Source: Squalus acanthias
Taxonomy: Eukaryota
Direction of reading: 5' to 3'
Assembly (NCBI GenBank): GCA_030390025.1
Contig: CM059449.1
Location: forward strand, 2,418,001-2,482,000
DNA length: 64,000 nt
This document shows positions 48,301 to 61,113 of the stretch, piece after piece. The position numbers and the translations under genes were made by a program. How positions within the stretch are numbered: position 1 is the stretch's first letter; every line of letters starts with the position of its first letter. The notes under the pieces were generated by a model. The model searched no databases. It was not told where the DNA came from and saw only the letters and a list, made by a program, of their open reading frames with translations.

Positions 48301-51300
48301 CATTCATCCTTCCGCAATGCATCACTTCACACTTCTCTGTTTTAAAGTGCATCTGCCATGTGTCTGCCCATCTCACCAGTCTGTCGATGTCCTCCTGAAG
48401 TCTTCTTCTATCCTTCTCACTAGATTTCCGAGATTTGTGTCCTCTCCAAACTTTGAAATGATGCCCTTTATATCCAAGTCCAGGTCATTAATATATTTCA
48501 AAAAGAGCAGTGGTCCCAACCCCGACCCCTGGGGCCACCACTTGCCTCCAGTCTCTAAAGCAACCGTTCACCACTACTGTCTGCTTTCCATTCCTTGGCC
48601 AATTTCATATCCATACAGCCCCTTCCCCTTTAATCCCATGTGCTTCAATTTTGCTATGAAGTCTAACATGTACTTTATCAAACGCCTTTTGAAATTCCAT
48701 ATACACAGTATCAACTGCACTACCCTCATCAACCCTCTCCATTATTTCATCAAAGAACTCAATCAAGTTAGTCAGATCCATTATTCAAGAAGGGTAGTAG
48801 GGATAAACCAGGGAATTACAGGCCAGTGAGCCTAACATCAGTGGTAGGGAAATTATTGGAAAAAATTCTGAGGGACAGAATTAGTCTGCACTTGGAGAGT
48901 AAAGGATTAATCAAGGATAGTCAGCATGGCTTAGTCAGGGGGAGATCATGTCTGACCAATTTGATTGAATTTTTCGAGGGAGTGACTAGGTGTGTGGATG
49001 AGGGTAGTGCAGTTGATGTGGTCTACATGGACTTCAGTAAGGCTTTTGACAAAGTCCCGCATGGGAGACTGGTCAAGAAGGTAAGAGCCCATGGGATCCA
49101 GGGCAACTTGGCACATTGGATCCAAAATTGGCTTAGTGGCAGGAGGCAGAGGGTGATGGTCGAAGATTGTTTTTGTGACTGGAAGCCTGTGTCCAGTGGT
49201 GTACCGCAGGGATCGGTGCTGGGTGCCTTGCTGTTTGTAGTGTACATTAATGATTTAGATATGAATGTAGGAGGTATGATCAGTAAGTTCGCAGATGACA
49301 CGAAAATTGGTGGGGTGGTAAATAGCGAGGAGGGAAGCCTCAGGCTACAGGACGATATAGACGGGTTGGTCAGATGGGCAGAACAGTGGCAAATGGAATT
49401 TAACCCTGAAAAGTGTGAGGTGATGCATTTTGGGAGGACTAACAAGGCAAGGGAATACACAATGAATGGTAGGACCCGAGGAAGGACAGAGGATCAGACG
49501 GACCTTGGTGTGCATGTACATAGATCCCTGAAGGCAGCAGGACAGCTAGATAAGGTGGTTAAAAAGGCATATGGGATACTTGCCTTCATTAGCCGAGGCA
49601 TAGAATATAAGAGCAGGGAGGTTATAATGGAGCTGTACAAAATGCTAGTTAGGCCAAAGCTGGAATACTGTGTGCAGTTCTGGTCGCCACACTATAGGAG
49701 GGATATGATTGCATTGGAGAGGGCGCAGAGGAGATTCACCAGGATGTTACCTGGGCTGCAGCGCTTCAGCTATGAAGAGAGACTGGACAGGCTGGGGTTG
49801 TTTTCCTTAGAGCAGAGAAGGCTGAGAGGGGACCTGATTGAGGTGTACAAAATTATGAGGGGCATAGATCAGGTAGATAGAAAGGAACTTTTCCCCTTAG
49901 TAGAGGGGTCAATAACCAGGGGGCATAGTTTCAAGGTAAGGGGCAGGAGGTTTAGAGGGGATTTGAGGAAAAACTTTTTCACCCAGAGGGTGGTTGGAAG
50001 CTGGAACTCACTGCCTGAAAGGGCGGTAGAGGCAGGAACCCTCACAACATTCAAGAAGCATTTAGATGAGCACTTGAAACGCCATAGCATACAAGGCTAC
50101 GGACCAAGTGCTGGAAAATGGGATTAGAATAGACAGGGCTTGATGGCCGGCGCGGACACGATGGGCCGAAGGGCCTCTTTCTGTGCTGTATAACTCTATG
50201 ACTCTATGAGATGCGATTTGCCTTTAACAAATCTGTGCCGGCTCTCCTTTATTGACCCATATTTTTCCAAGTGCCAAGTAATTTTGTCCCGAATTATTGT
50301 GTCTCAAAGTTTCCCCACCACCGACGTTAGGCTGACTGGCCTGTAATTGCCAGGTTTTTCCTCTCCCCTTTTTTGAATAGGGTGTAACATCTGCAACCCT
50401 GCAGTCCTCTGGCACCACTCCCATATCTAAGGAGGATTGGAAGATTGTGGCCAGAGCCTCCGCAATTTCCACCCTTCCTTCCCTCAGCAACTTAGGGTGC
50501 ATCCCACCCGGACCAGGTGACTTTTGTACTTTGATCGCTGACAACCATTTATGAACTCTTAATTTATTTTTATCCTATCCAATATCGCTATTGCCTCCTC
50601 CTTTACTGCGACATTGGCAGCATCCTCCTCTCTAGTGAAGACAGATGCAAGGTACTCATTTAATAGCTCAGCCATGCCCTCTGCCTCCACAGGAAGATCT
50701 CCTTTTTGGTCCCTAATTGGCCCCACCCTTCTCTTGACTACCCTTTTTATAAAAGACTTCAGTGCTCCCTTTTCTGTTATCTGCTAATCTATTCTCATAC
50801 ACCCTCTTTGCCCCTTTTATTTCCTTTTTCAGTTCTCCTCTGCACTTTCTGTATTCGGCTTGGTTCCCTACTGTATTAAGAACCTGACATTTATCACAAG
50901 CCTCCTGTTACTGTTTCAGTTTAACCTCAATGTCTTTAGTCATCCAGGAAGCTGTAGCTTTGGATGCCCTTACGTTCGCCCTGATAAGAATGTGTCCAGT
51001 CTGTACCTGAACTAGCTCCTCCTTGAAGGCCTCCCACTGCTCATTTACTGTTTTACCTGCCAATCATTGTCTCCAATCCACCTTGGCCAGACCCCTTTTC
51101 AGCTGACTGAAATGAACCCTCTTCCAGTTGGGTATCTTCACTTTTGATTGTTCCTTGTCTCTTTCCCATTCTCAACCTAATCATATTGTTTCCATTACTG
51201 TAATTGGAACTGAATTGGTTCCAGTCACACACATCAGAATCTGAAATATAAAAGTTTGTTAATACGCACAGATTAATATTTCTGCCAGTGAGCATGAATT

Positions 51301-54300
51301 TGTAGTTTATTGTGAAAGTCAATGGATTATTCCACTGAAATAAACATTATTTTCTCTGGTAAACCTTAACATTCTGTTCAGCGAAGAGAGGAGTGAATCT
51401 GTCTGGATATGGTAGCCTGGTGTTTATGTACTGGTCTGGTAACCGGAGGTTGAGAGTTCAAATCCCCCCCCCCCCCCCCGCCGCCCCCCTCTCCATGACA
51501 GTTATTGAAACTGAATTCAATAAATCTATTAATTTGTGGGCCAGGACCAGAAAAAAAGTGATCACCACTGACATTTACCCCTCATTTCCTGGCACCGTGT
51601 GTTGTTGTAAAAGCAAATAGTCTTCAGGGAAGAGAATCTGTCACTCAGACCTGCACTGGCCTAGATGTGGCTTCAGTCACAACACAGTGACTCTTAACAT
51701 CCTCAGCAAAACTGAAGATTTCCATTAGACAGTAGCTTCAATCTTAGTGATAATTCACTGAGAACTTCATATCTGAACAGTATAGAGGCAACTCTGCCAC
51801 AGAATACCAAAATGTGATGGTATTTTACGCTAGCTTCAGTCTGGTTATTTTCGAGCATGTGTACGTCCCACTGCAATTATCACAATTTAGATCCAGTACC
51901 ACATCTGTACCAACTGATGGCAGAGGTCAAGACCGTATTTATCCAATAGATGTATTGGTAGAATAAAATAATATGCAGCTTATTTTCCATATTTGTAGTG
52001 TCTGGGAGTCAGCCTGAGATCCATGTTGAAGGATTCCATGAGCGAGGGGGGAGTCTTGTGTGTAAATCCAGTGGATGGTACCCGGCCCCTGAGGTATCCT
52101 GGAGATACACAGATGGACCGGACATTTCTGCACCGTCTAAAACCCTGAATACTGCAGAGTCCAGCGGAGCTGTCACTATCGAAAGTCACATCAACATCAC
52201 AAAGGATCTTGGGGAAAGCTACTCCTGTCTGATAAGGAACAGATTGCTCTTCGAGGAAAGAGAAGGAATTATTGAGATAGCAGGTCAGTGACAATCCCTC
52301 CTGAACAGAGGGTTGATGACATATTTATGAAATATTCACATGAACACATTCATCAGTCTGATTGATTTATTGTTTGACATGTCAATGGTATCTTAGTTCT
52401 ACAACAAATAAGGTTGTTTGTTTATTTACAGATGAGTTTTTCCCTCAGGAGATGGGAGTTTCAGGATGGAGTGTGGCTTTCTGGAAACTCACGGTTCTCA
52501 CTGCTATTCTAATAATTGCAGCTCTCCTCTACTGGTTAGAACGATGGAACGGTGTTTTCTATACATGGAAAGAATTGAAAGGTAACATCTTACAAAAAAT
52601 GTTTAAAATCTTGCATTGTGTAAACACTGAAATATACAGAGAATAATTTTTTATAATTGTCCAGAATAAGATGATCCATAATCTCGCAGTAACAGTGATT
52701 TAATATCACTGCGTTCCATTTCACTAAAGTACGTCACAGTACAAACCATCACTTACTGATCCGGGATTGGGAAAGCCTGCATTCAGCTGCAGAACTCTGA
52801 ATTGCTGTTCCATATTCCAGTGGAGTTTCACAGTCTCTCTGTGCTGGATACCTCCAGCTCTACCTGCTTCACGCCACCTTAACACACTGGAAAAAATCCT
52901 TACATGTGAACTTACAACAGGTTACATTTTAGATGCACGTTTTCCATCATTTTCAAAAACTGATGCTTGCTGCACTAGAAATGCTACAAACAGAAACAGC
53001 CCTGAAATTGCTGTCAGTGACATTAGGAGGAATGGTTAACCGTGTCGTATGTAATTCCTTCGTTTGCTAGTTCAATTAAATTTAAGCATATTTATTTAAT
53101 ACTACTCAGTCTCCCGTGGCCATTCCACACGTGAAGTCAAAACCAAAAGAAATCTTCAGGTGGAGCGGGATATGAGCGTGTCGGGTGCGGGGGGTGGGTG
53201 CTGGAAGGGGGTCGTGTAGTAAGTATTCAAACCAGGGCTTGTAGTTGAATCATAGAATGGTTACAGCACAGAAGGAGGCCATTCGGCCCGTCAAGCCTGT
53301 GCTGGCTCTCCTCAAGATCACTTCAGCTAGTCCCACTCCCTCACCCTTTCCCCGTAGCCCTGCAAATTCTTTTCCTTCTGGTACTTATCCAACTCCCTTT
53401 TGAAAGCCACGATTGAATCTGCCTCCACCACCCTTTCAGGCAGTGCATTCTAGATCATAATCACTCGCTGCGCAAAAAAGGTATTTCCTCATGTCGCCTT
53501 TGGTTCTTTTGCAAATCACCTTAAAACTGTGCCCTCTGGTTCTCGACCCTTCCGCCAATGGGAACAGTTTCTCCCTATCTACTCTGTCTAGACCCCTCAT
53601 GATTTTGAACTCCTCCATCAAATCTCCTCTCAACCTTCTCTGCTCTAAGGAGAACAACCCCAGCTTCTCTAGTCTATCCACGTAACTGAAGTCCCTCATC
53701 CCTGGAATCATTCTCGTAAATCTTTTCTGCACCCTCACTAAGGCCTTCACTGAGGAGGTGCTGAAAGTTCGCTTTGGCAATATTAAGGGCCATCTTGCAG
53801 GCAGCCTCATCACCAATGCCTGCGCTGTCAGTCATCTGCAAGAGGAGACAAGTTAGAGACTGTTCTAACCCTCTACACAGCAGTTTAAATTAGTTACTGT
53901 GGAAGTTCACAGGATAGAGAGCTGGATGTTGCTTCACTCCCAGTCTCCAGCCCCACTTCGAAGGGGAAATGGTTTATCCATCACGTTTTATACTATCCCA
54001 CCCCAGCAAAGGCTATGGGCCCAGAAAACGTTCCGGCTGTCCTTCTGAGGACTTGTGCTCCGGAACTAGCTGCGCCTCTAGCCAAGCTGGTCCAGTACAG
54101 CTACAACACTGGCATCTGTCTGAAAATGTGGAAAACTGCCCAGGTATGTTCTGTCCACAAAAAGCAGGACAAATCCAATCCGGCCAATTACCTCCCCATC
54201 AGTCTACTCTCAATCAATGTAAGGTGTCATCAATAGTGCTATCAAGCGGCACTTACTCACCAATAATCTGCTCAGCGATGCCCAGTTTTCTGTTACGCCA

Positions 54301-57300
54301 GGACCACTCGGCTCCAGACCACATTACAGCCTTGGTCCAAACATGGACAAAATAGCTGAATTCCAGAGCTAAGGTGAGAGTGACTGCCCTTGACATCAAG
54401 GCAGCATTTGACCGAGTGTGGCTTCAAGGAGCCTGAGTAAAACTGAAGTCAATGGGTATCGGGGAAAACTCTCCACTGGCTGGAGTCATACCTCGCACAA
54501 AGGAAGATGGTTGTGGTTGTTGGAGGCCGATCATCACAGCCCCAGGACATCACTGCAGGAGTTCCTCAGGGCAGTGTCCTCGGCCCATCCATCTTCAGCT
54601 GCTTCATCAATGACCTTCTCTCCATCATAAGGTCAGAAGTGGGAATGTTTGCTGATGATTGCACAGTGTTCAGTTCTATTCGCAACTCCTCAGATAATGA
54701 AGCAGTCCATGCCCGCATGCAGCAACTCCTGGACCACATTCAGGCTTGGGCTGATAAGAGGCAGGTAACATTTGTGGCACACAATGGCCAGGCAATGACT
54801 ATCTCTAACAAGAGGCAGTCTAACCACCGCCCCTTGACATTCAACGGCATTACCATCGCCGAATCTCCCACCATCAACATCCTGGGGGTCTCACCATTGA
54901 CCAGAAACTTAACTGGACCAGCCACTTAAATACTGTAGCTGCAAGAGCAGGTCAGAGGCTGGGGATTCTGCAACAAGTGTCTCACGTACTGACTCCCCAA
55001 AGCCTTTCCACCATCTGCAAGGCACAAGTCAGAAGTGTAATGGAATATGCTCCACTTGCTTGGATGAGTGCAGCTCCAACAACACTCAGAAGCTCAACAC
55101 CATCCAGGACAAAGCAGCCCGCTTGATTGGCACCCCATCCATCACCTTAAACAGTCACTCCCTACAGCACTGGCGTACCGTGGCTGCAGTGTGTAGCATC
55201 TACATGTTGCACTACAGCAACTCGCCAAGGCTTCTTCGGCAGCACCTCCCAAACCCTCGATCTCTTCCACCTAGAAGGACAAGGGCAGCAGGTGCATGGG
55301 AACACCATCACCTCCAAGTTACACACCATCCTGACTTGGAAATATATCGCCGTTCCTTCATCGTCGCTGGGTCAAAATCCTGGAACTCCCTCCCTAACAG
55401 CACTGTGGGAGTACCTTCACCACACAGACTGCGGTGGTTCAAGAAGGCGGCTCACCACCACCTTCTGAATGAATAAAAAAACATCTTGAGGCTCCATTGG
55501 TTCAGTTTCGCTCATTGATTGCACTGATTCATGGATGATTTTAGGTTCAGGATTATGATAATTAGGTTTGCGCGGCCATTTGGGCGGAATTCCACCTCGA
55601 CCATTTTGGGTTCAATTTCCTGATTGCGAACATGCAGAAGCCCTTGAGTTTTCACTTAAACTTTATCTGGGCCAACACCACCCAAACCAGATTGAACTGG
55701 TTATTCATTTTGTTTCTCTCGGTGGGATCATACTGAGCATAATATGGCTGATGCTGTTGCTTACATAACGGTCACTGCACTTCAAACAGTAATTGATCGG
55801 ATGTGGTGCGCTTTTGGGACATCCTGAGAATGTGATCAGTCGCTATACAACACCAACAACAACTTGTATTTACACAGCGCCTCTAACATAGTAAAATGCC
55901 CCAAGGTGCTTCACAGGAGTGTTATCAGACAAAATGTGAGACTGAGGCACATGAGATATTGGGACAGGTAACCAAAAGCTTAGTCAAAGAGGTTTTAAGT
56001 AGCGTCTTCAAGGAGAAGAGAGAGGTAGAGAGGTATAGGGAGGGAATTCCAGAGCTAAGGGCCCAGGCAGCTGAAGGCACGGCCGCCAATGGTGGAGTGA
56101 TTAAAATCGGGGCTGCGAAGGAGGCCAGAATTGGAGGAATGTAGAGATCTCGGAGGGTTGTAGTGCTGGAGGAGGTTACAGGGGTGGGGGGGGGAGGGGG
56201 GCTGCGGGGTGAGGCCATGGAAGGATTTGAAGACAAGGATGTGAATTTTAAAATTGAGGTGTTGCCAGGACGGGAGCCAATGTAGGTCAGCGAGCGCAGG
56301 GGTGATGGGTGAACGGGACTTGGTGCGAGTTAGGACACGGGCAGCAGAGTTTTGGATGAGCTAAAGTTTACAGAGGGTGGGAGATGGAAGGCCGGCCAGG
56401 AGTGTGTTGGAATAGTCAAGTCTGGAGGTAACAAAGGCATGGATTTAGGATTTCAGCAGCCTATGAGCTGAGGCAGGGGCGGAGAAGGGCGATGTGATCA
56501 CTCGCTATATAAAGACAAGTCTTCCTTTGTCCACTGTCTGAATTTGATTCTGCTCTTTAACTCATTAATGAAAATTTTTCCAAGTCCCATGAAAATCACT
56601 CAAACCAGTCAGGAAACTGCAGGTTGTTTCTAATGAAAATTTATTCTCTTCCAGATCTACAGGAGCAGCTAATACTCTCAGGTAAGAAGAGTTGTGAGAA
56701 AATCTCAGCTGTGGTTCCACGGCCCCTCCGTGCAGTGTGTAATTATTGAAAGGGATGATGCCCAGTATCAGTGTAGCTGGATTGTATTTTGTCGATAAGT
56801 ATTGTGATGAATTCTGGTGATATTTATCTGCTCTGTGTGATGTCTCCGCTGAACAGCAGCTGTGCTGTAAGTTTTCCCGAAGGTTTTTACACAGGGTCAC
56901 ACACCACGAGCTGCTCCCTCCTGATCCACAATTACTGTACGACCTCGTTCCCACAGAAAGGTCTTACTGACGGAGATAAGCATCTTCTCACAGTGAGTGG
57001 GTCCGGCTCCTTTAAGGTTCCTGTCTAGAAGTGGACAGTCCCGAGTGTGGTGGATCCTGTGTGATGTGCAGCTCTCAATGAGATATGTCAGTGGTGTCCG
57101 GGTCACTGTAAATAAATGACAATCATTGTGTCACACGGATCTGTGATCCATTTATGCTTGGTATTTACACTTTATTATGTGACGGCGCCATTGATGTTAT
57201 TTTTATCTGTTTTTCAGAGTGGAAGGGGATTACGATGTTTCCAGGTGAGAGACTTCAGATCCTGGGGCTGTGCCGGTTTCTATCTTGTGAAGTTCAGGTT

Positions 57301-60300
57301 CTGGTCTGTGCGGAGTGTTTAACATCCGTGGGGGAGCCCTGTCAATAATTAAAACATCAGCATTCCCAGAAGTCCTGTCTGAAACACCGTCTGTCTATAA
57401 ATACTGCAGTGAGTGAGAGGGGACTGTGCCACAGGGTCAGGGTGGTAACTCATTCCCGACAGAGCTGTTGTCTGTTTCTCCCTGTAACAGCACATGCCAC
57501 TGATATTAATATAAAGATTAATCTCTTTCTTAATTCTAAAAATGAGAAGTTGCACAACACCAGGTTATAGTCCAACAGATTGTTGGACTATAACCTGGTG
57601 TTGTGCGACTTCTCATTTTTGTCCACCCCAGTCCAACGCCGGCATCTCCTCATCTTAATTCTAAGGCATAGCCTGAGGTGTCTCAATCCAGCTGGGGGTC
57701 GGGCCCGGCAGATTCGGTGAACATACGAACATACGAATTAGGAGCAGGAGTCAGCCACTCAGCCCCTCGAGCCTGCTCCGCCATTCAATAAGATCATGGC
57801 TGATCTGATTACTCCACATTCCCGCCTACACCCGATAACTTTTCACCCCCTTGCTTACCAAGAATCTATCGACCTCTGCCTTAAAAATATTCAAAGACTC
57901 TGCTTCCACCGCCCTCTGAGGAAGAGAGTTCCAAAGACTCACAACCCTCACAGAATCCCCACAGTGCAGATAGAGGCCATTTCGGCCCATCGAGCCTGCA
58001 CCGACACATATCCCACCCTATCCCCGTAACCCCACGTATTTAATCCCCCCCTAACACTAACCCTCTGAGAAATTTCTCCTCATCTCTGCCTTAAATGGGC
58101 GACCCCTTATTTTTAAACAGTGACCCCTAGTTCTAGATTCTCCCACAAGAGGAAACATCCTCTCCACATCCACCCTGTCAAGACCCCTCAGGATCTTGTA
58201 TATTTCAATCAAGTCACCTCTTACTCTTCTAAACTCCAGCAGATACAAGCCTAGCCTGTCCAACCTTTCCTCAGAAGACAACCCGCCCATTCCAGGTATT
58301 AGTCGAGTAAACCTTCTCTGAACTGCTTCCAACGCATTTACATCCTTCCTTAAATAAGGAGACCAATACTGTACACAGTACTCCAGATGTGGTCTCACCA
58401 ATGCCCTGTATAATTGAAGCATAACCTCCCTACTTTTGTATTCAATTCCCCTCGCAATAAACGATAACATTCTATTAGATTTCCTAATTACTTGCTGTAC
58501 CTGCATACTAACCTATTGCGATTCATGCACTAGGACACCCAGATCCCTCTGCATCTCAGAGCTCTGTAATCTCTCACCTTTTAGATAATGCTTTTTTATT
58601 CTTCCTGCCAAAATGGACAATTTTACATTTTCCCACATTATACTCCATTTGCCAGATCTTTGCCCACTCACTTATTCTATCTATATCCCTTTGTAGCCTC
58701 CTTATGTCCTCTTCACAATTTACTTTCCTACCTATCTTTGTGTCATCAGCAAATTTAGCAACCATACCTTTGGTCCCTTCATCCAAGTCATTTATATACA
58801 TTGTAAAAAGTTGAGGCTCCAGCACTGGTTCCTGTGGCACACCACTCATTACATCTTGCCAACCAGAAAATGACCCATTTATGCCTACTCTCTGTTTCCT
58901 GTCAGCTAGCCAATCTTCTATCCATGCCAATATGTTACCCCCTACACCATGAGCTTTTATTTTCCACAATAACCTTTGATGTGGCACCTTATCAAATACC
59001 TTTTGGAAATCTAAGTACAGTACATCCACCGGTCCCCCTTTATCCATAGCACATGTTACTTCCTCAAAGAACTCCAATAAATTGGTTAAACATGATTTCT
59101 CTTTCACAAAACCATGTTGACTCTGCCTGATTACCTTGAACTTTTCTAAGTGCCCTGCTATAACGTCTATAATAATAGCTTCTAACATCTTCCCTTTGAC
59201 AGATGTTAAACTAACTGGACTGAAGTTTCCTGCTTTCTGTCCCCTCCCCCCCCCCCCCGCCACTTCCACCCCCCGCCTCCTTTTTTGAATAAAGGAGTTG
59301 CATTCGCTATTTTCCAATCTAATGGAACCTTCTCCGAATCTAGGGAATTTTGGAAAATTAAAACCAACGCATCAACTATCTCATGAGCCATTTCTTTTAA
59401 GACCCTAGAATGAAGTCCATTAGGAACCGGGGACTTGTCAGCCCGCAGCGCCAACAATTTGCTCAGTACCACTTCCCTGGTGATTGTAATTTTCTTGAGT
59501 TCCTCCCTCCCTTCCATTTCCTGATTTACAGCTATTTCTGGGATGTTACTTGCACCCTCTATAGTGAAGACCGATGCAAAATACCTGTTGAATTCAACTG
59601 CCATCTCCATATTTTCCATTATTAATTCCCTAGACTCACTTTCTATAGGACCAATGCTCACTTTGTTAACTCTTTTCTTTTTTAAATATCTATAGAAACT
59701 CTTACTATCTGTTTTTATATTTCTAGCTAGCTTTCTCTCGTACTCTAATTTTTCTCTCCTTATTAATCTTTTAGTCATTCTTTGCTGTTTTATATATTCT
59801 GTCCAATCTTCTGACCTGCCACCCATCTTTGCGCAATTATATGCTTTTTCTTTAAGTTTGATACTATCTTTAACTTTTTTAGTTAACTACGGATGGTGGG
59901 TCCTCCCCTTGGAATTTTTCTTTCTCGTTGGAATGTATCTATTCTGTGTATTCTGAAATATCCCCTTAAATGTCTGCCACTGCATCTCTATTGACCTATC
60001 CCTGCTCCAGGCCTGGGCTGTTGGGCTTGGCCTGTCCCTGGTGTGTGTGTATTTTACTTGTCCCTTTCCTACAATAATTGATTCTCAATCTGTTTGGAAG
60101 GGTGAGGGTCTGCTCCTGCTCGCGGGCTGGGGTTCAGGGTCAAAGCGGCTGAATGGGCCGATCCCCAGACAGGAGAGAGACTGAGAGAAATGGTCTGCAA
60201 GTGATTATTGGACTGGGTCCGGTCCGTGTGTGGCCTAGAGGTACACTGAGCCGGTCCGTACCGGGATTGCATCGATGTGAATGTGGAGTTGGGTCTGTGT

Positions 60301-61113
60301 GTGACCTGCAGGTGCACTGATCCGGTCCGTACCGGGATTGCACCGGGTGTGAATGTGGAGTTCGGTCTATTTGTGACCTGCGGGTACACTGAGCTGGTCT
60401 GTACCGGGATTGCACCGGGTGTGAATGTGGAGTTGGGTCTGTGTGTGACCTGCAGGTGCACTGATCCGGTCCGTACCGGGATTGCACCAGGTGTGAATGT
60501 GGGTCTGCGAGCTGGGATCAGGCCGCTCCCGGTTTTTGCTCCTGATCGGTTTTATATTTTTATTGCAGAACCTGTGACTCTGGATCCGGTCACAGCGAAT
60601 ACCTGGCTCATCGTGTCTGAGAACCGGACCAGTGTGAGACTCAGAGACAAACGGCAGCCGCTCCCTGACACCCCGGAGAGGTTTGATTTCTGGCCCTGTG
60701 TCCTGGGATCGGAGGGATTCACATCAGGGAAACACTACTGGGAGGTGGGGGTGGGGAACAAGACTCAGTGGTTTGTGGGAGTGGCCCGAGAGTCTGCCGG
60801 GAGGAAAGGGAGAATCAGACTGAGCCCTGAGAGCGGATACTGGGTTGTGGAGCTGAGACCTGGAAGTGTCTATGCTGCCGGCACCTCCCCCTCACGGACC
60901 CCCCTCACCCCGTGTGTGGATCCCCGGAAGATCGGGGTGTACCTGGACTGTGAGAGCAGACAGGTGTCATTTTACAATGCGGACAACATGTCCCATCTCC
61001 ACACATTCACCCACACTTTCACTGAGAGAATCTTTCCCTTCTTCAATCCGGGATGGAATGACGGTGGGAAAAACTCCGCCCCCCTGACAATCTGCAGGGT
61101 TAAAGGTCACTAA
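45262..61113 (+). CDS. Butyrophilin-like gene A, complete (leader-IgV-IgC-TM-coil-B30.2/PRYSPRY), 477 aa, 7 coding exons
   Basis: Exons 45262-45319, 45411-45752, 51999-52283, 52432-52581, 56655-56681, 57218-57244, 60569-61113. All introns GT-AG and phase 1; total 1434 nt, open to TAA. Canonical BTN exon architecture; orthology not assignable by eye. Confidence 0.9.
45411..45752 (+). CDS. Gene A IgV exon
   Basis: DFEVTG...VTLNC...LEW...GRTELF...GNISLRLSNVRISDEGKYRC; 342 nt, phase 1-1. Confidence 0.93.
47500..51180 (-). mobile_element. Old CR1 LINE interrupted by a younger CR1
   Basis: Decayed RT pieces at 47.5-48.78 kb and 50.21-51.18 kb are contiguous across the insert. Confidence 0.85.
48779..50208 (+). 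mobile_element. Young 5'-truncated CR1 with uninterrupted RT ORF
   Basis: Open frame from PLFKKG to the stop at 50127; (actctatg)n tail. Confidence 0.95.
51999..52283 (+). CDS. Gene A IgC exon (B7/BTN-type C domain)
   Basis: GSQPEIHVEG...LVCKSSGWYPAPEVSW...YSCLIRN; 285 nt, AG/GT bounded. Confidence 0.92.
52432..52581 (+). CDS. Gene A transmembrane exon
   Basis: DEFFPQEMGVSGWSVAFWKLTVLTAILIIAALLYWLERW...; 150 nt. Confidence 0.9.
56655..56681 (+). CDS. Gene A 27-nt juxtamembrane microexon (DLQEQLILS)
   Basis: tctcttccag|27 nt|gtaaga; typical BTN coiled-coil microexon. Confidence 0.8.
57218..57244 (+). CDS. Gene A 27-nt microexon (EWKGITMFP)
   Basis: gtttttcag|27 nt|gtgaga; matches the BTN/TRIM pre-B30.2 'EWK/R' microexon. 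Confidence 0.82.
60569..61113 (+). CDS. Gene A B30.2/PRYSPRY terminal exon
   Basis: [45 protein letters not shown] motifs; AATAAA at 61186. Confidence 0.95.
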
